From Dehalococcoidia bacterium (lineage in GTDB: Bacteria > Chloroflexota > Dehalococcoidia > Lucifugimonadales > Lucifugimonadaceae): DNA of 64,000 nt. Below are positions 1 to 9,660 of the stretch, in pieces; the first letter of the stretch is position 1, and each line of letters opens with the position of its first letter. Below the pieces are notes generated by a model that had not been told where the DNA came from, did not search any database, and saw only the letters and a list, made by a program, of their open reading frames with translations. The stretch spans positions 176,989 to 240,988 of the forward strand of contig CAXXNJ010000005.1 of the NCBI GenBank assembly GCA_963663555.2, in the 5' to 3' direction. The position numbers and the translations under genes are program-made.

Positions 1-3000
1 GCGTCCGCGCCAAGAACGCCAACGGCGGCGCAAACTGGACCAACTCCCCAGCCGCCGGACCCTTCACCCCGCCACCCACGCTGACCCCCACCGAGGTGAC
101 CGACGATTCCGCCACCATCGAGCTCGACAACTGGAACGGCCAGTGGTACTACACCACCACCGGCGGCGGACAGGGCGCAGGCGGCGCGAGCATACAGTCC
201 GTCACCTGCAACGGGCCAGTCAACGGCTCGGAGGCGACTATCACCGGCCTGGACCCCGACACCAACTACACCATCACCGCCTACGGCAACGGCCAGTGCG
301 GCGGCGCCACCATCGCCTCCGCCACGGCCCAGACGCAGAGCAACCTGCCCGCCAACAGCGTCTCCGTCAGCAACATCGACGAGCCGTACTCCTCGACCTG
401 CTGGGTAGGCGACCGTGACGGGCGCTCCAAGTGCGCCGTCGCCTTCACCACCGGCGGCAGGCTTGGCGGCTACACCCTCGCCAGCGTCAGAGGTCACTTC
501 CACTGGAAACAAAGCAATCCTCCGGACATCGTGGTGGCCATCCACGCGCCGGACGCCACCAACCCGAACCACCCCGCGGCGACGGCCAAAGTCACGCTGA
601 GCGGTCCCGGCCAACCGGGCTTCGGCGCCAATAACACCTGGAACTGCTCCGGGACGGACTGTGCGCTCGACCCCAACACCACCTACTTCATCGTCATGAG
701 CACCGCAGCCGGGGGGAGCAGCATCCAGGGCCATCATCTGCGGACGACGAACTCGGGCAGCGAGGTCAACGCTCCCGCCGGCAGCGGCTGGTCCATCGCC
801 AACAGCGGTCTAACGAACAACAATGGACAACTCCGCTGGCAGTCGGACAGGGTCGGAATGGTGAGCATCGTCGCGGCCAACGCCAACGCATCGGTCCAGC
901 TGAGCGCCGGCGCCGAGACGACCGACGGGGCGACGCTCACGCTCACGTCCACAGGCGACTGGTGGTACAAGCAGACCTCGCCCAACGACAGCCTCTGCAC
1001 GGCGGCGGGCGGCTCATCCGTCAACATCACCGGCTTGCTGCCGGGCCGCGACTACACCTACGCCGCCTACGACAACCGGCAGTGCCTCGGTGCCGCCGTC
1101 GCCACGGCCACCTTCACCACGCAGTACGAACTGCGCGCCGACGGGGTGACGGAGAACTCGGCGACGCTGGTCATCGAAGGCTCCGGCCTGCTGACCAACT
1201 GGTGGTACAAGCGCACCGCCCCCAGCGGCGACGACACCTGCCATGCCGTGGGCTACGCGCAGAAGAGCGTCGCGCTCAGCCTGACCCCGAAGACGAGCTA
1301 CACCTACTCGGCGTACGTGGATTCCGGCTGCGCCGCCGCGGTCGGCTCCGTCTCTTTCAAGACCCCCGGCCTGGACGGCAGCGCAAACACGAACACGGAC
1401 ACCTTGACTATCAACATCGTCAACTGGACGAAGGCGGACGGGACGACTACGACGGCGTGGTGGTACCGGCAGACCGCTCCCACCGCCGGGACCTGCACCT
1501 CCGTCGCCGAGGGAACCTCGTCGGTGACGCTGACCGGCTTCACCTTCGACCACACCAACAGGAACCAGTACGTCTACGAGGCATACAGCAAGACGGGCTG
1601 CGACGCCGCCGACGCGATCGCCCGCAAGCACTTCTTCCCCGCATCCTCGCCCAGGGGAGGCGTCGAGAACGTAACCGCGACGACCGCGACCTTCCTTGCC
1701 TACAACGTGGGGAACAACAGCCAATGGGGATACAAATCGACGGAGACCGGCGCCCCCTGCACAGGCCCCTTCGACGGGCTAGGCGCCCTTGGTGTCACGA
1801 GCGCGCCCGTCACCGGCCTCACGCCCGGCACGACCTACACCTTCCAGGCATATGCGTCCGATCAGAACACCACCTGCTCCGCGAGATTCGACACCAACGT
1901 GACGTTCACCACCGCAAAGGCCAGCGTGAGCAACCTCGGCCAGCGGCAGGTGGGTTCCACCATGCCCGTGGGCTGGTCGCGCAACCACTGGATGTCGAGC
2001 GCCTTCACCACGGGTACGGGCGCGACCGGCTTCACCCTCGATCGCATCACGCTCCTGTTCGGCGACAGCGGCATCGGGATGCCGGCCCCCGAGTATGACC
2101 TGAACGTGCGTCTCTTCAGCGCAGGGAGCGACGGCAACCCGGACGCCGCGATTGCCAACGCCGCGCTCAGCGGCCCGGCGCGGCCGGCTGAGAACTCCCA
2201 AGGGATATACACCTGCTCCGGCGACGGCTGCGCCCTTGACCCCGGCGAGACTTACTACGTCGTGCTCAGCGTCCCCGTGCCGCAATGCCGCACCTTCGAG
2301 GGAGTGCAGGACTGCAGCGGCACCACGGGCCGGGCCTACTACTGGCAGCGGGCGGGCACGAATAATGAGACGGCGGCGCCCGCCGACAGCGGCTTCAGCA
2401 TCGCCAACGAAACCCGGCACACGACGGACGGCGGCTCGACGTGGACGCGCCTGGTGCGCGTGGTCATGTTCGGCGTGGAGTACGCCCATGACGCCCCGTC
2501 CCTCACCGCCAGCGACATCCGAGGGACGACGGCGACGCTGACCCTGGCCAACGAGGGCAGCGAGGGCGCCTGGTACGCGAAGCAGGTCTCCCCGTCCGAG
2601 GGGACGTGCTCGTCCGCCATCGCCAACGGCGCCACCCACGGCCTTACGAACCTCAATCAGAACACGTCCTACACCTACGCGGCCTACCGCGACTCCGCCT
2701 GCAAGCAGGTGGCCGCCAGCGGTACGTTCACGACGCTGCGGACGCTGACGGCGAGCAACGTAACCGACACCACGGCGACGCTTACCCTTGCCGGCAGCGG
2801 TACGGGCAGCTGGTACGCGAAGTACACCACGCCCAGCGGCGGGACCTGCTCGTCCGGCGCGGCCTACGGCGCCGCCCACGACCTGGATAGCCTCCAGCGG
2901 AGCACGGCGTACACCTACGAGGCGTACAGCGATTCGGCCTGCACGACGGTGATCGGCAGGACAACGTTCACCACCGAGGCGAACTGGATCGCCGTGAGCG

Positions 3001-3512
3001 GCATCGGCACGACCGGGGCGACGCTGACGTTGACGGGGCACGTGGGCACCACCTGGTCCCTGAAGGAGACGTCGCCCTCCACCGGAACCTGCGCGGTGGG
3101 CGAGACCGACCTCTCCCACGCGCTCAGCAGCCTCACCAAGGGCACGACCTACTCCTACACGGCCTACGGCGACGCCTCCTGCGGGACAACCCTCCGCAGC
3201 GTGACGTTCAAGACGCTCATCGACTCGCCAACGAGCGTGACGTACATCACCGGGACCAGCCAGAACAGGATTACGACGGTAGCGTGGAACCGCAACGGCG
3301 CCGCCAGCGGGGCCGTCGGCTACGAGGCGCGGGGGCGCGCCGGCACGGGCGCGTGGGCCCACTTCTGGACGGTCGCGCCGACGACGAGCACTGACCTCAC
3401 GTTCGCGTGGACGTACTTCGGCGCCCGGATCGACTCCGTCGAGGTTCGCGCGACGCAGGGCGGCTACTACAGCGCGTGGGTCGTTGCCTCGCGCCTCGGG
3501 GGCGGGAACTAG
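1..3512 (+). CDS. Giant secreted repeat protein A (5' end outside window): about 8 Fn3-like WW/Cys-pair modules, two ~180-aa VSNL..GWSIA domains, terminal Fn3
   Basis: ORF 96..3512 stays open in the same frame back to nt 3 (VRAKNANGGANWTNSPAAGPFTPPP, like the Fn3 ends in 12394..17295), so the true start is upstream of the window. ~80-aa periodicity with ATLTL..WWYK..C..YTY.AY...C..TFTT. Confidence 0.85.
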   Translation, partial: VRAKNANGGANWTNSPAAGPFTPPPTLTPTEVTDDSATIELDNWNGQWYYTTTGGGQGAGGASIQSVTCNGPVNGSEATITGLDPDTNYTITAYGNGQCGGATIASATAQTQSNLPANSVSVSNIDEPYSSTCWVGDRDGRSKCAVAFTTGGRLGGYTLASVRGHFHWKQSNPPDIVVAIHAPDATNPNHPAATAKVTLSGPGQPGFGANNTWNCSGTDCALDPNTTYFIVMSTAAGGSSIQGHHLRTTNSGSEVNAPAGSGWSIANSGLTNNNGQLRWQSDRVGMVSIVAANANASVQLSAGAETTDGATLTLTSTGDWWYKQTSPNDSLCTAAGGSSVNITGLLPGRDYTYAAYDNRQCLGAAVATATFTTQYELRADGVTENSATLVIEGSGLLTNWWYKRTAPSGDDTCHAVGYAQKSVALSLTPKTSYTYSAYVDSGCAAAVGSVSFKTPGLDGSANTNTDTLTINIVNWTKADGTTTTAWWYRQTAPTAGTCTSVAEGTSSVTLTGFTFDHTNRNQYVYEAYSKTGCDAADAIARKHFFPASSPRGGVENVTATTATFLAYNVGNNSQWGYKSTETGAPCTGPFDGLGALGVTSAPVTGLTPGTTYTFQAYASDQNTTCSARFDTNVTFTTAKASVSNLGQRQVGSTMPVGWSRNHWMSSAFTTGTGATGFTLDRITLLFGDSGIGMPAPEYDLNVRLFSAGSDGNPDAAIANAALSGPARPAENSQGIYTCSGDGCALDPGETYYVVLSVPVPQCRTFEGVQDCSGTTGRAYYWQRAGTNNETAAPADSGFSIANETRHTTDGGSTWTRLVRVVMFGVEYAHDAPSLTASDIRGTTATLTLANEGSEGAWYAKQVSPSEGTCSSAIANGATHGLTNLNQNTSYTYAAYRDSACKQVAASGTFTTLRTLTASNVTDTTATLTLAGSGTGSWYAKYTTPSGGTCSSGAAYGAAHDLDSLQRSTAYTYEAYSDSACTTVIGRTTFTTEANWIAVSGIGTTGATLTLTGHVGTTWSLKETSPSTGTCAVGETDLSHALSSLTKGTTYSYTAYGDASCGTTLRSVTFKTLIDSPTSVTYITGTSQNRITTVAWNRNGAASGAVGYEARGRAGTGAWAHFWTVAPTTSTDLTFAWTYFGARIDSVEVRATQGGYYSAWVVASRLGGGN

Positions 3513-3563
3513 CGGCGGGCCGCGCGGCGCGCCTACCCAGTTCCGGCTGAAAGAGAGGCTGAC

Positions 3564-6500
3564 ATGAAACTGCAAAGCGCATTTTCATCAACCCGTTGGG
3601 TCTGGCTGGCCGCCACCCTGCTGCTGGCCCTGCTGGCCGTCGCCGGCTTTTACCCATCCCCAACGTCAGCGCAGTCCGCCAGCCTGACCGCTACCGTCGA
3701 CACCGCCGACCAGACGGTTGACCTCGCCATCTCCAACCACACCGGCAACTGGTGGTTCAAGATCAACTGGTGGGGCGCCTGCACGGCGGTGACCGGCAAC
3801 AGCATCACCGGCATCGGCGGCTACCAGGTCGGAACGCAGCACTCCGTCTGGGCCTACTCCGACAGCAACTGCAGCAACCAGATCGCGGCGACCACGTTCA
3901 CCATCACGCCCCACAACGCCGGCCTCGCGGCGCACGTCCAGAGCGACCGCTCCGTCAACCTCACCATCTCCAACTGGTCCAACAGCTGGTGGTTCCGCAT
4001 CGGCTGGGGCACCTGCACCGCGGCGAGTGGAACCACCGTCACCGGCATCCGCGGCTACCAGACGGGAACCTACGCCGTCGGCGCATTCTCCAAGAGCGAC
4101 TGCAGCGGCTTCCTCTCAGATGCGAATTTCACCATTCCGCCGCCGACCGCCACCCTGGCGACGACGGTGAACCCCGGCCCCTTGGTCGACCTGACCCTGA
4201 CCGACGGCCCCGGCAACTGGTGGTTCCGCATCAACTGGTGGGGAACCTGCACGCCTGCGACCGGTACCACCTTCACCGGCATCGGCGGCTACCAGGCCGG
4301 AACCCACTCCGTCTGGGCATACTCCGACAGCGGCTGCAACACCCAGATCGCGTCCTCGTCATTCACCATTCCCGATGTGTCCCTCGCCATCGCGGTGGAC
4401 AGCAGCGACCGCTCGGTCGACCTCACGCTCAGCGGCGGACCCACCAACTGGTGGTTCAAGATCGGCTGGTGGGGAACCTGCACGGCCGCGACGGGAACGA
4501 CCGTCAGCAACATCCGGGGCTACCAGTCGGGATCGTACGTCGTCGCGGTCTACCCGGCCTCCGGCTGCGCCGCCGGCGACCACGTCACGGCTGAGTCGTT
4601 CACGATTCCCACCGCAACCCTGACGGCCACGGTGAACACCGACCGGTCGGTTGACCTCACGCTCACCAACGGGACGACCAACTGGTGGTTCCGCATCAAC
4701 TCCTGGGGCACCTGCACAGCGGCAGGCGGAACGACCGTCAGCAACATCCAGGGCTACCAGGACGGAACCCACCCCGTCTCCGCCTACTCGGACGGAGGAT
4801 GTAACTATCACGTCGCCTCATCCTCGTTCACCCTCACGACAGCCTCGCTCACCGCCAGCGGCGTCACCAGCACCGGCGCGACGCTGACCATTGCCGACCA
4901 CACCGGCCAGTGGTGGTACCAGGCCGACACCGGCCCCGACGCCACCTGCCAGGGGCCGATATCGAACACGACCGAGAGCCTCACGGGTCTGACGGCGAGC
5001 ACGACCTACATCTACAAGGCCTACAGCGCGACCAACTGCCCCAACGCCGACCTGCTCGCCACGGCGGACGCCTTCACCACCGTGACGCCCACGCTGACCG
5101 CGAGCAGCATCACCAGCAGCGGCGCGACGCTGACCATCGCCGACCACACCGGCCAGTGGTGGTACAAGGCCGACGTTGGGCCGGACAACACCTGCCAGGG
5201 ACCGGTCGCCGCGAGCACGTCCACCAAGGACCTCACCGGGCTGACGCCGGGCACGGCCTACACGTACTCCGCGTACAGCGACAACGGCTGCGCCAACCTG
5301 CTGGTCGCGGCGAGCGCCTTCACGACATCCGCCACGCTGACCGCGAGCAACATCGGGGCTACCACCGCCACCCTGACCATTGCCGGGCACACGACCCAGT
5401 GGTACTACCAGGCCGACGCCGCCCCGCACACCACCTGCCAGGGGCCGGTCGCCTCGGGCACGTCCACCAAGACGCTGACGGGCTTGACCCCCGGCACGAC
5501 CTACACGTACTCCGCGTACAGCGACTCCACCTGCACGAACGCAAACCTGCTGGCCACCGCCGCCAGCTTCACCGCCATCGGCCTCACCGCGAGCAACGTG
5601 ACGACCACCACGGCGACGCTGACGCTCGCCGGCCACACGGGGAACTGGTCGGTGCGGCAGACGTCGCCGTCCACCGGGTCGTGCACGAACAAGACGACCG
5701 CGACGGAGTCCCTGAGCAGCCTGACTGCCGGTTCCTGGTACACCTACAAGGCGTACTCCGGCTCCGGCTGCACGGCGGCGAACGAGATCGCAAGCGCGAC
5801 GTTCTCGACGGCGGTGACGGTGGGGAACCTGAGCCAGACAAGCTCCGGGAACACCTTCATCGGCCTGTACTTCAACACCGTCGCCACGGTCGCGCAGGCA
5901 TTCGTCGCGGGCACAACGGCTTCGGACGACTCCACGTTCACGAGCGCCGAGTTCACCTTGAGCGTCAAGAACGGCACGCCGGGCGACATCGTGGTGACGC
6001 TCCACGCAGCGGACACCTCCGACACCAACAACCCGTCCTCGACGGTGAAGGCGACGCTCACCGCACCCAACAACAACAATAACCCCAACGGCAACCAGAA
6101 CCTGACGTTCACGTGCGACGCCACCAACTCCGCGAACGACTGCGACCTCACGGCGGGGAAGACCTACTTCGTCCAACTGGCCGCTCCCAACGCCACCGGC
6201 AGCAACAACGACACCTACAACGTGTCGAACACGGCGTCGGACAGCGAGACGACGGCGCCGTCCGGCAGCGGCTGGTCGATCGCGGACACCGGCAGGGTCG
6301 GCCCCGGCCAATGGATCAACACGACGAACTCGGAGCCGATCAAGATCAAGGTGACCGCCCTGCCGAAGCCGTCCCTCTTCGCGAGCGCCATCGCGGACAC
6401 GACAGCCACGCTGACGCTGACCGGCGAGACGGGGAGTTGGTGGCTGAAGGAGACGTCGCCCAGCACGGGCACGTGCACGGCGGGCGAGGCGGACTACTCG

Positions 6501-9500
6501 CACGCGCTGAGCAGCCTGACCACCAGCACGTCGTACACGTACAAGGCGTACAGCGCGACGGGCTGCGCCAGCGCGGACGAGCTGCACAGCGTCACGTTCA
6601 CCACGCTCGCGCCCGCAACGCTCACGGCGAGCGCGGTCACGGACACCACGGCAACGCTGACCCTGGCCAACCGCACGGGCAGCTGGTGGCTGAAGGAGAC
6701 CGCGCCCACCACCGGAACCTGCACGCAGGGCGAGGCCGACTTCTCGCACGCGCTCACCGCCCTCACCGGCGGCGCGGTGCACACCTACAAGGCGTACAGC
6801 GCGAGCGGATGCAACAGCGCGGACGAGATGGCGTCCGAGACGTTCGTCACCCCCGTCAGCCACAGCAACCTCAACACGGGCGGCCTCGGCACTGCGGTGG
6901 TCGACAACTCCGGCGCGGAGGCCGGCGCGTTCATCACGGGCGGCAACCCGGGCGGCTACACGCTGGAGTCGGTGGACGTGCGCATCTCCTCCGTCACCAA
7001 CACGACCGGCAACGCGTCCGGCGACCTCACCGTCGCCCTCCACGCCAGCGACAGCAACGGCAAGCCGGGCACGTCGCAGGCGACGCTGAGCGGCGGCAAC
7101 CCCACCGGCGCGGGGACGTTCACCTTCACCTGCCCTGCCGCCTCCAACTGCTCCCTCTCCCCGGCGACGGAGTACCACGTGGTGCTCTCCGCGCCGAACA
7201 CGACCGGCAACGGCAGGTACGTGTGGACTACCGTGACCTCGACGACCGCAGCCCAGGAGCCGTCCAACAACGGCTGGCTCGTCGGCCCGTCCCACTATCA
7301 ATACTTGGGCGCCTGGCAGAACATAAGCGACTTCAAGAAGGTGAAGGCGACGGCGGCGGTCAACCCGAGCCTGACCGCCTCGTCCATCACGTCCACGGGC
7401 GCCACGCTCACGCTGTCGCACCACCCGGGCGCGTGGTGGTACAAGGGCAGCCAGGCCAACGCCTCCTGCACGCCCGTGGCGGCGGGCACAACGACCGCGA
7501 CTCTGAACAGCCTGACCACGGGCACGGCCCACACGTACAAGGCGTACTCCGCGACCGGCTGCGCCAGCGCGGACGAGATAGCGGCGGCTGCCGCCTTCAC
7601 GCCCGGCTCCGCGCCGACGTTCACGGCGGGAACGCCCACGGCGAGCAAGAACACGCTCACCATCGCCAACTGGAGCGGCGTGTGGTCGTACAAGCACGGC
7701 AACACCGGCGCCGTCTGCACACCCGTCGCCGCCGGGACGACGAGCGTCAACCTCGCCGAGCTGGCGGTGAACACCTCCTTCACCTACACGGCGTACAGCG
7801 ACCACGTCTGCTCGGCGGTCATCGCCGCCGCTTCGGCGTTCACCACCGGCAACCCGACCCTGACCGTCGCCTACTCCGGCCCGGTCGACAACCGCCGGGC
7901 GGTGCTCACCATCTCCGGCTGGGTCGCGGGCGACCACAGACAGCCGAACGAGGACGGCAGGTGGTACTACAAGTACACCGTCCCCACCGGCGGAACGTGC
8001 TCCTTCCCCAGGAACACGCAGACGGGGCTCGGCATAGACGTGACCGTCGGCACGTCCTACACCTTCAAGGCGTACGGCGCGAGCGGCTGCAGCAGCACGA
8101 ACGAGATAGCCAGCCTGACGCAGGTCGCGCAGGGCCCGGGCGTCGCCAACTCCGCGAAGGACATCACCCTGCACAGCGATAACGCCGACACGGACGGCGT
8201 CTGGACGGACGGTACGACGATCTGGGCGCTGGACTCCGTCGACGACAAGATCTACGCCTACACAGTCTCGACCAAGGCCAGGGACTCCTCGAAGGACTTC
8301 ACCTCCCTGAGCGGCCTGGGCACGAACATCCCCTACGGCATCTGGTCGGACGGGACGACGATGTGGGTGGCCGCCGGCACGAAGATCTACGCGTACAAGA
8401 TGTCCGACAAGAGCAGGGACACGTCCAAGGAGTTCGACACCCTGTTCGGCGCGCAGAACCACCAGCCCTTCGGTATCTGGTCGGACGGGACGACGATGTG
8501 GGTCGCGGACTACAGCGACAACAAGCTCTACGCGTACAAGATGTCCGACAAGTCGCGCGACTCCGGCAAGGACATCACCCTGAACAGCGCGAACGACAAC
8601 GCCAACGGCATCTGGTCGGACGGCGTGACCATGTGGGTCGTTGACCACACCGACAGCAAGGCCTACGCCTACACGCTCTCCAACGGCAACCGGGACTCCG
8701 ACAAGGACTTCAGCCTGACCGCGGGCGCGCGGGGCATGACGTCGGACGGCCACCACTTCTACGTCGCCAACCCGTCCACCGACAAACTCCACGCGCACTA
8801 CGCCTTCCCCGCGCTCACGGCGACGACCGTCTCGTTCGTCACGGCGACGCTGACGCTGACGGGCTACACGGACGGCAACTGGTGGATCAAGAAGACGTCC
8901 GGGACTCCGGGGTCGTGCACGGCGGGCGAGTCGGACTACTCGCACGCGCTCAGCAGCCTCACCCCGAGCACGTCCTACACCTACAAGGCGTACAGCGACG
9001 CGCAGTGCCAGAACGTGAACGAACTCGCCAGCGAGACGTTCACCACGGCCGTGCTCCCCGGGCCGGGCAGCGTGGGCGCGCAGGTGCAGGACATCAGCAT
9101 GACCACCACGGCCAACAACGAGCTCCAGGTCTGGTGGAACCGGCCCGCAAACGCGACGGGCTCCATCGGCTACACGGTGCAGTGCTACACGAACGTGTAC
9201 AAGGTCTGCCACACGGAGGCGGCGGGCACGGGCACGACGTTCAAGGTCACGCCCTCGATCACGGGCACGCCGACCAAGGTGCGCGTGCGCTCGACGCTGA
9301 GCGGCTCGAACAGCGCGTGGGTCGAGGTCAACGTGCCGTCGGGCACTGCCCCCGGCGCGCCGACGGCCGTGAACAGTGCTCTCGGACACGGCGGCTACAT
9401 AATGTCGTGGACCAAGCCGGCCAGCCCGACCGGGGCCGTCGGCTACCACACCCAGTGCAGGGACAGCAACACGAACTGGTCGAACTGCGGCAGCGCAGGC

Positions 9501-9623
9501 AGCAACGGGGTCATCCCCCCGACCACCAGCACGGGCGTCAGCACCAACGTCGGCTACATCTTCCAGTTCCGCGTCCGGTCGGTGGTCAACGGGCTGGTCA
9601 GCGCCTGGGTGGTGTCCAGCTAA
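3564..9623 (+). CDS. Giant secreted repeat protein B (2019 aa): signal peptide, 5 NWWF modules, about 10 WW/Cys-pair modules, 2 VSNL..GWSIA domains, 5-blade repeat, 2 Fn3
   Basis: ATG preceded by AGAGAGG. N-terminal MKLQSAFSSTRWVWLAATLLLALLAVAG...TSAQSA looks like a Sec signal. Uninterrupted 6-kb frame with strong domain periodicity. The antisense ORF 4818..9908 is Arg/Gly-rich junk. Confidence 0.9.
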   Translation: MKLQSAFSSTRWVWLAATLLLALLAVAGFYPSPTSAQSASLTATVDTADQTVDLAISNHTGNWWFKINWWGACTAVTGNSITGIGGYQVGTQHSVWAYSDSNCSNQIAATTFTITPHNAGLAAHVQSDRSVNLTISNWSNSWWFRIGWGTCTAASGTTVTGIRGYQTGTYAVGAFSKSDCSGFLSDANFTIPPPTATLATTVNPGPLVDLTLTDGPGNWWFRINWWGTCTPATGTTFTGIGGYQAGTHSVWAYSDSGCNTQIASSSFTIPDVSLAIAVDSSDRSVDLTLSGGPTNWWFKIGWWGTCTAATGTTVSNIRGYQSGSYVVAVYPASGCAAGDHVTAESFTIPTATLTATVNTDRSVDLTLTNGTTNWWFRINSWGTCTAAGGTTVSNIQGYQDGTHPVSAYSDGGCNYHVASSSFTLTTASLTASGVTSTGATLTIADHTGQWWYQADTGPDATCQGPISNTTESLTGLTASTTYIYKAYSATNCPNADLLATADAFTTVTPTLTASSITSSGATLTIADHTGQWWYKADVGPDNTCQGPVAASTSTKDLTGLTPGTAYTYSAYSDNGCANLLVAASAFTTSATLTASNIGATTATLTIAGHTTQWYYQADAAPHTTCQGPVASGTSTKTLTGLTPGTTYTYSAYSDSTCTNANLLATAASFTAIGLTASNVTTTTATLTLAGHTGNWSVRQTSPSTGSCTNKTTATESLSSLTAGSWYTYKAYSGSGCTAANEIASATFSTAVTVGNLSQTSSGNTFIGLYFNTVATVAQAFVAGTTASDDSTFTSAEFTLSVKNGTPGDIVVTLHAADTSDTNNPSSTVKATLTAPNNNNNPNGNQNLTFTCDATNSANDCDLTAGKTYFVQLAAPNATGSNNDTYNVSNTASDSETTAPSGSGWSIADTGRVGPGQWINTTNSEPIKIKVTALPKPSLFASAIADTTATLTLTGETGSWWLKETSPSTGTCTAGEADYSHALSSLTTSTSYTYKAYSATGCASADELHSVTFTTLAPATLTASAVTDTTATLTLANRTGSWWLKETAPTTGTCTQGEADFSHALTALTGGAVHTYKAYSASGCNSADEMASETFVTPVSHSNLNTGGLGTAVVDNSGAEAGAFITGGNPGGYTLESVDVRISSVTNTTGNASGDLTVALHASDSNGKPGTSQATLSGGNPTGAGTFTFTCPAASNCSLSPATEYHVVLSAPNTTGNGRYVWTTVTSTTAAQEPSNNGWLVGPSHYQYLGAWQNISDFKKVKATAAVNPSLTASSITSTGATLTLSHHPGAWWYKGSQANASCTPVAAGTTTATLNSLTTGTAHTYKAYSATGCASADEIAAAAAFTPGSAPTFTAGTPTASKNTLTIANWSGVWSYKHGNTGAVCTPVAAGTTSVNLAELAVNTSFTYTAYSDHVCSAVIAAASAFTTGNPTLTVAYSGPVDNRRAVLTISGWVAGDHRQPNEDGRWYYKYTVPTGGTCSFPRNTQTGLGIDVTVGTSYTFKAYGASGCSSTNEIASLTQVAQGPGVANSAKDITLHSDNADTDGVWTDGTTIWALDSVDDKIYAYTVSTKARDSSKDFTSLSGLGTNIPYGIWSDGTTMWVAAGTKIYAYKMSDKSRDTSKEFDTLFGAQNHQPFGIWSDGTTMWVADYSDNKLYAYKMSDKSRDSGKDITLNSANDNANGIWSDGVTMWVVDHTDSKAYAYTLSNGNRDSDKDFSLTAGARGMTSDGHHFYVANPSTDKLHAHYAFPALTATTVSFVTATLTLTGYTDGNWWIKKTSGTPGSCTAGESDYSHALSSLTPSTSYTYKAYSDAQCQNVNELASETFTTAVLPGPGSVGAQVQDISMTTTANNELQVWWNRPANATGSIGYTVQCYTNVYKVCHTEAAGTGTTFKVTPSITGTPTKVRVRSTLSGSNSAWVEVNVPSGTAPGAPTAVNSALGHGGYIMSWTKPASPTGAVGYHTQCRDSNTNWSNCGSAGSNGVIPPTTSTGVSTNVGYIFQFRVRSVVNGLVSAWVVSS
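3672..4833 (+). repeat. Five tandem ~78-aa NWWF[KR]I[NG].WG.C modules (coding repeat inside protein B)
   Basis: Repeated ..DRSVDLTL..GP.NWWF[KR]INWWGTCTA..GTT...I.GYQ.G.H.V.AYSD.GC...IA.SSFTIP five times directly after the signal peptide. Confidence 0.85.
8142..8806 (+). repeat. Five tandem ~43-aa blades 'GIWSDGTTMWVAD..D.K[IL]YAY..S...RDS.KDF' (beta-propeller-like) inside protein B
   Basis: Read directly from the translation: DGVWTDGTTIWALD, YGIWSDGTTMWVAA, FGIWSDGTTMWVAD, NGIWSDGVTMWVVD, and a degenerate RGMTSDGHHFYVAN. Each is followed by K.YAY and RDS.KDF. Confidence 0.75.
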
Positions 9624-9660
9624 GGACGGCGGCCCCACGGCATAAAACAGGAGGCATGAC

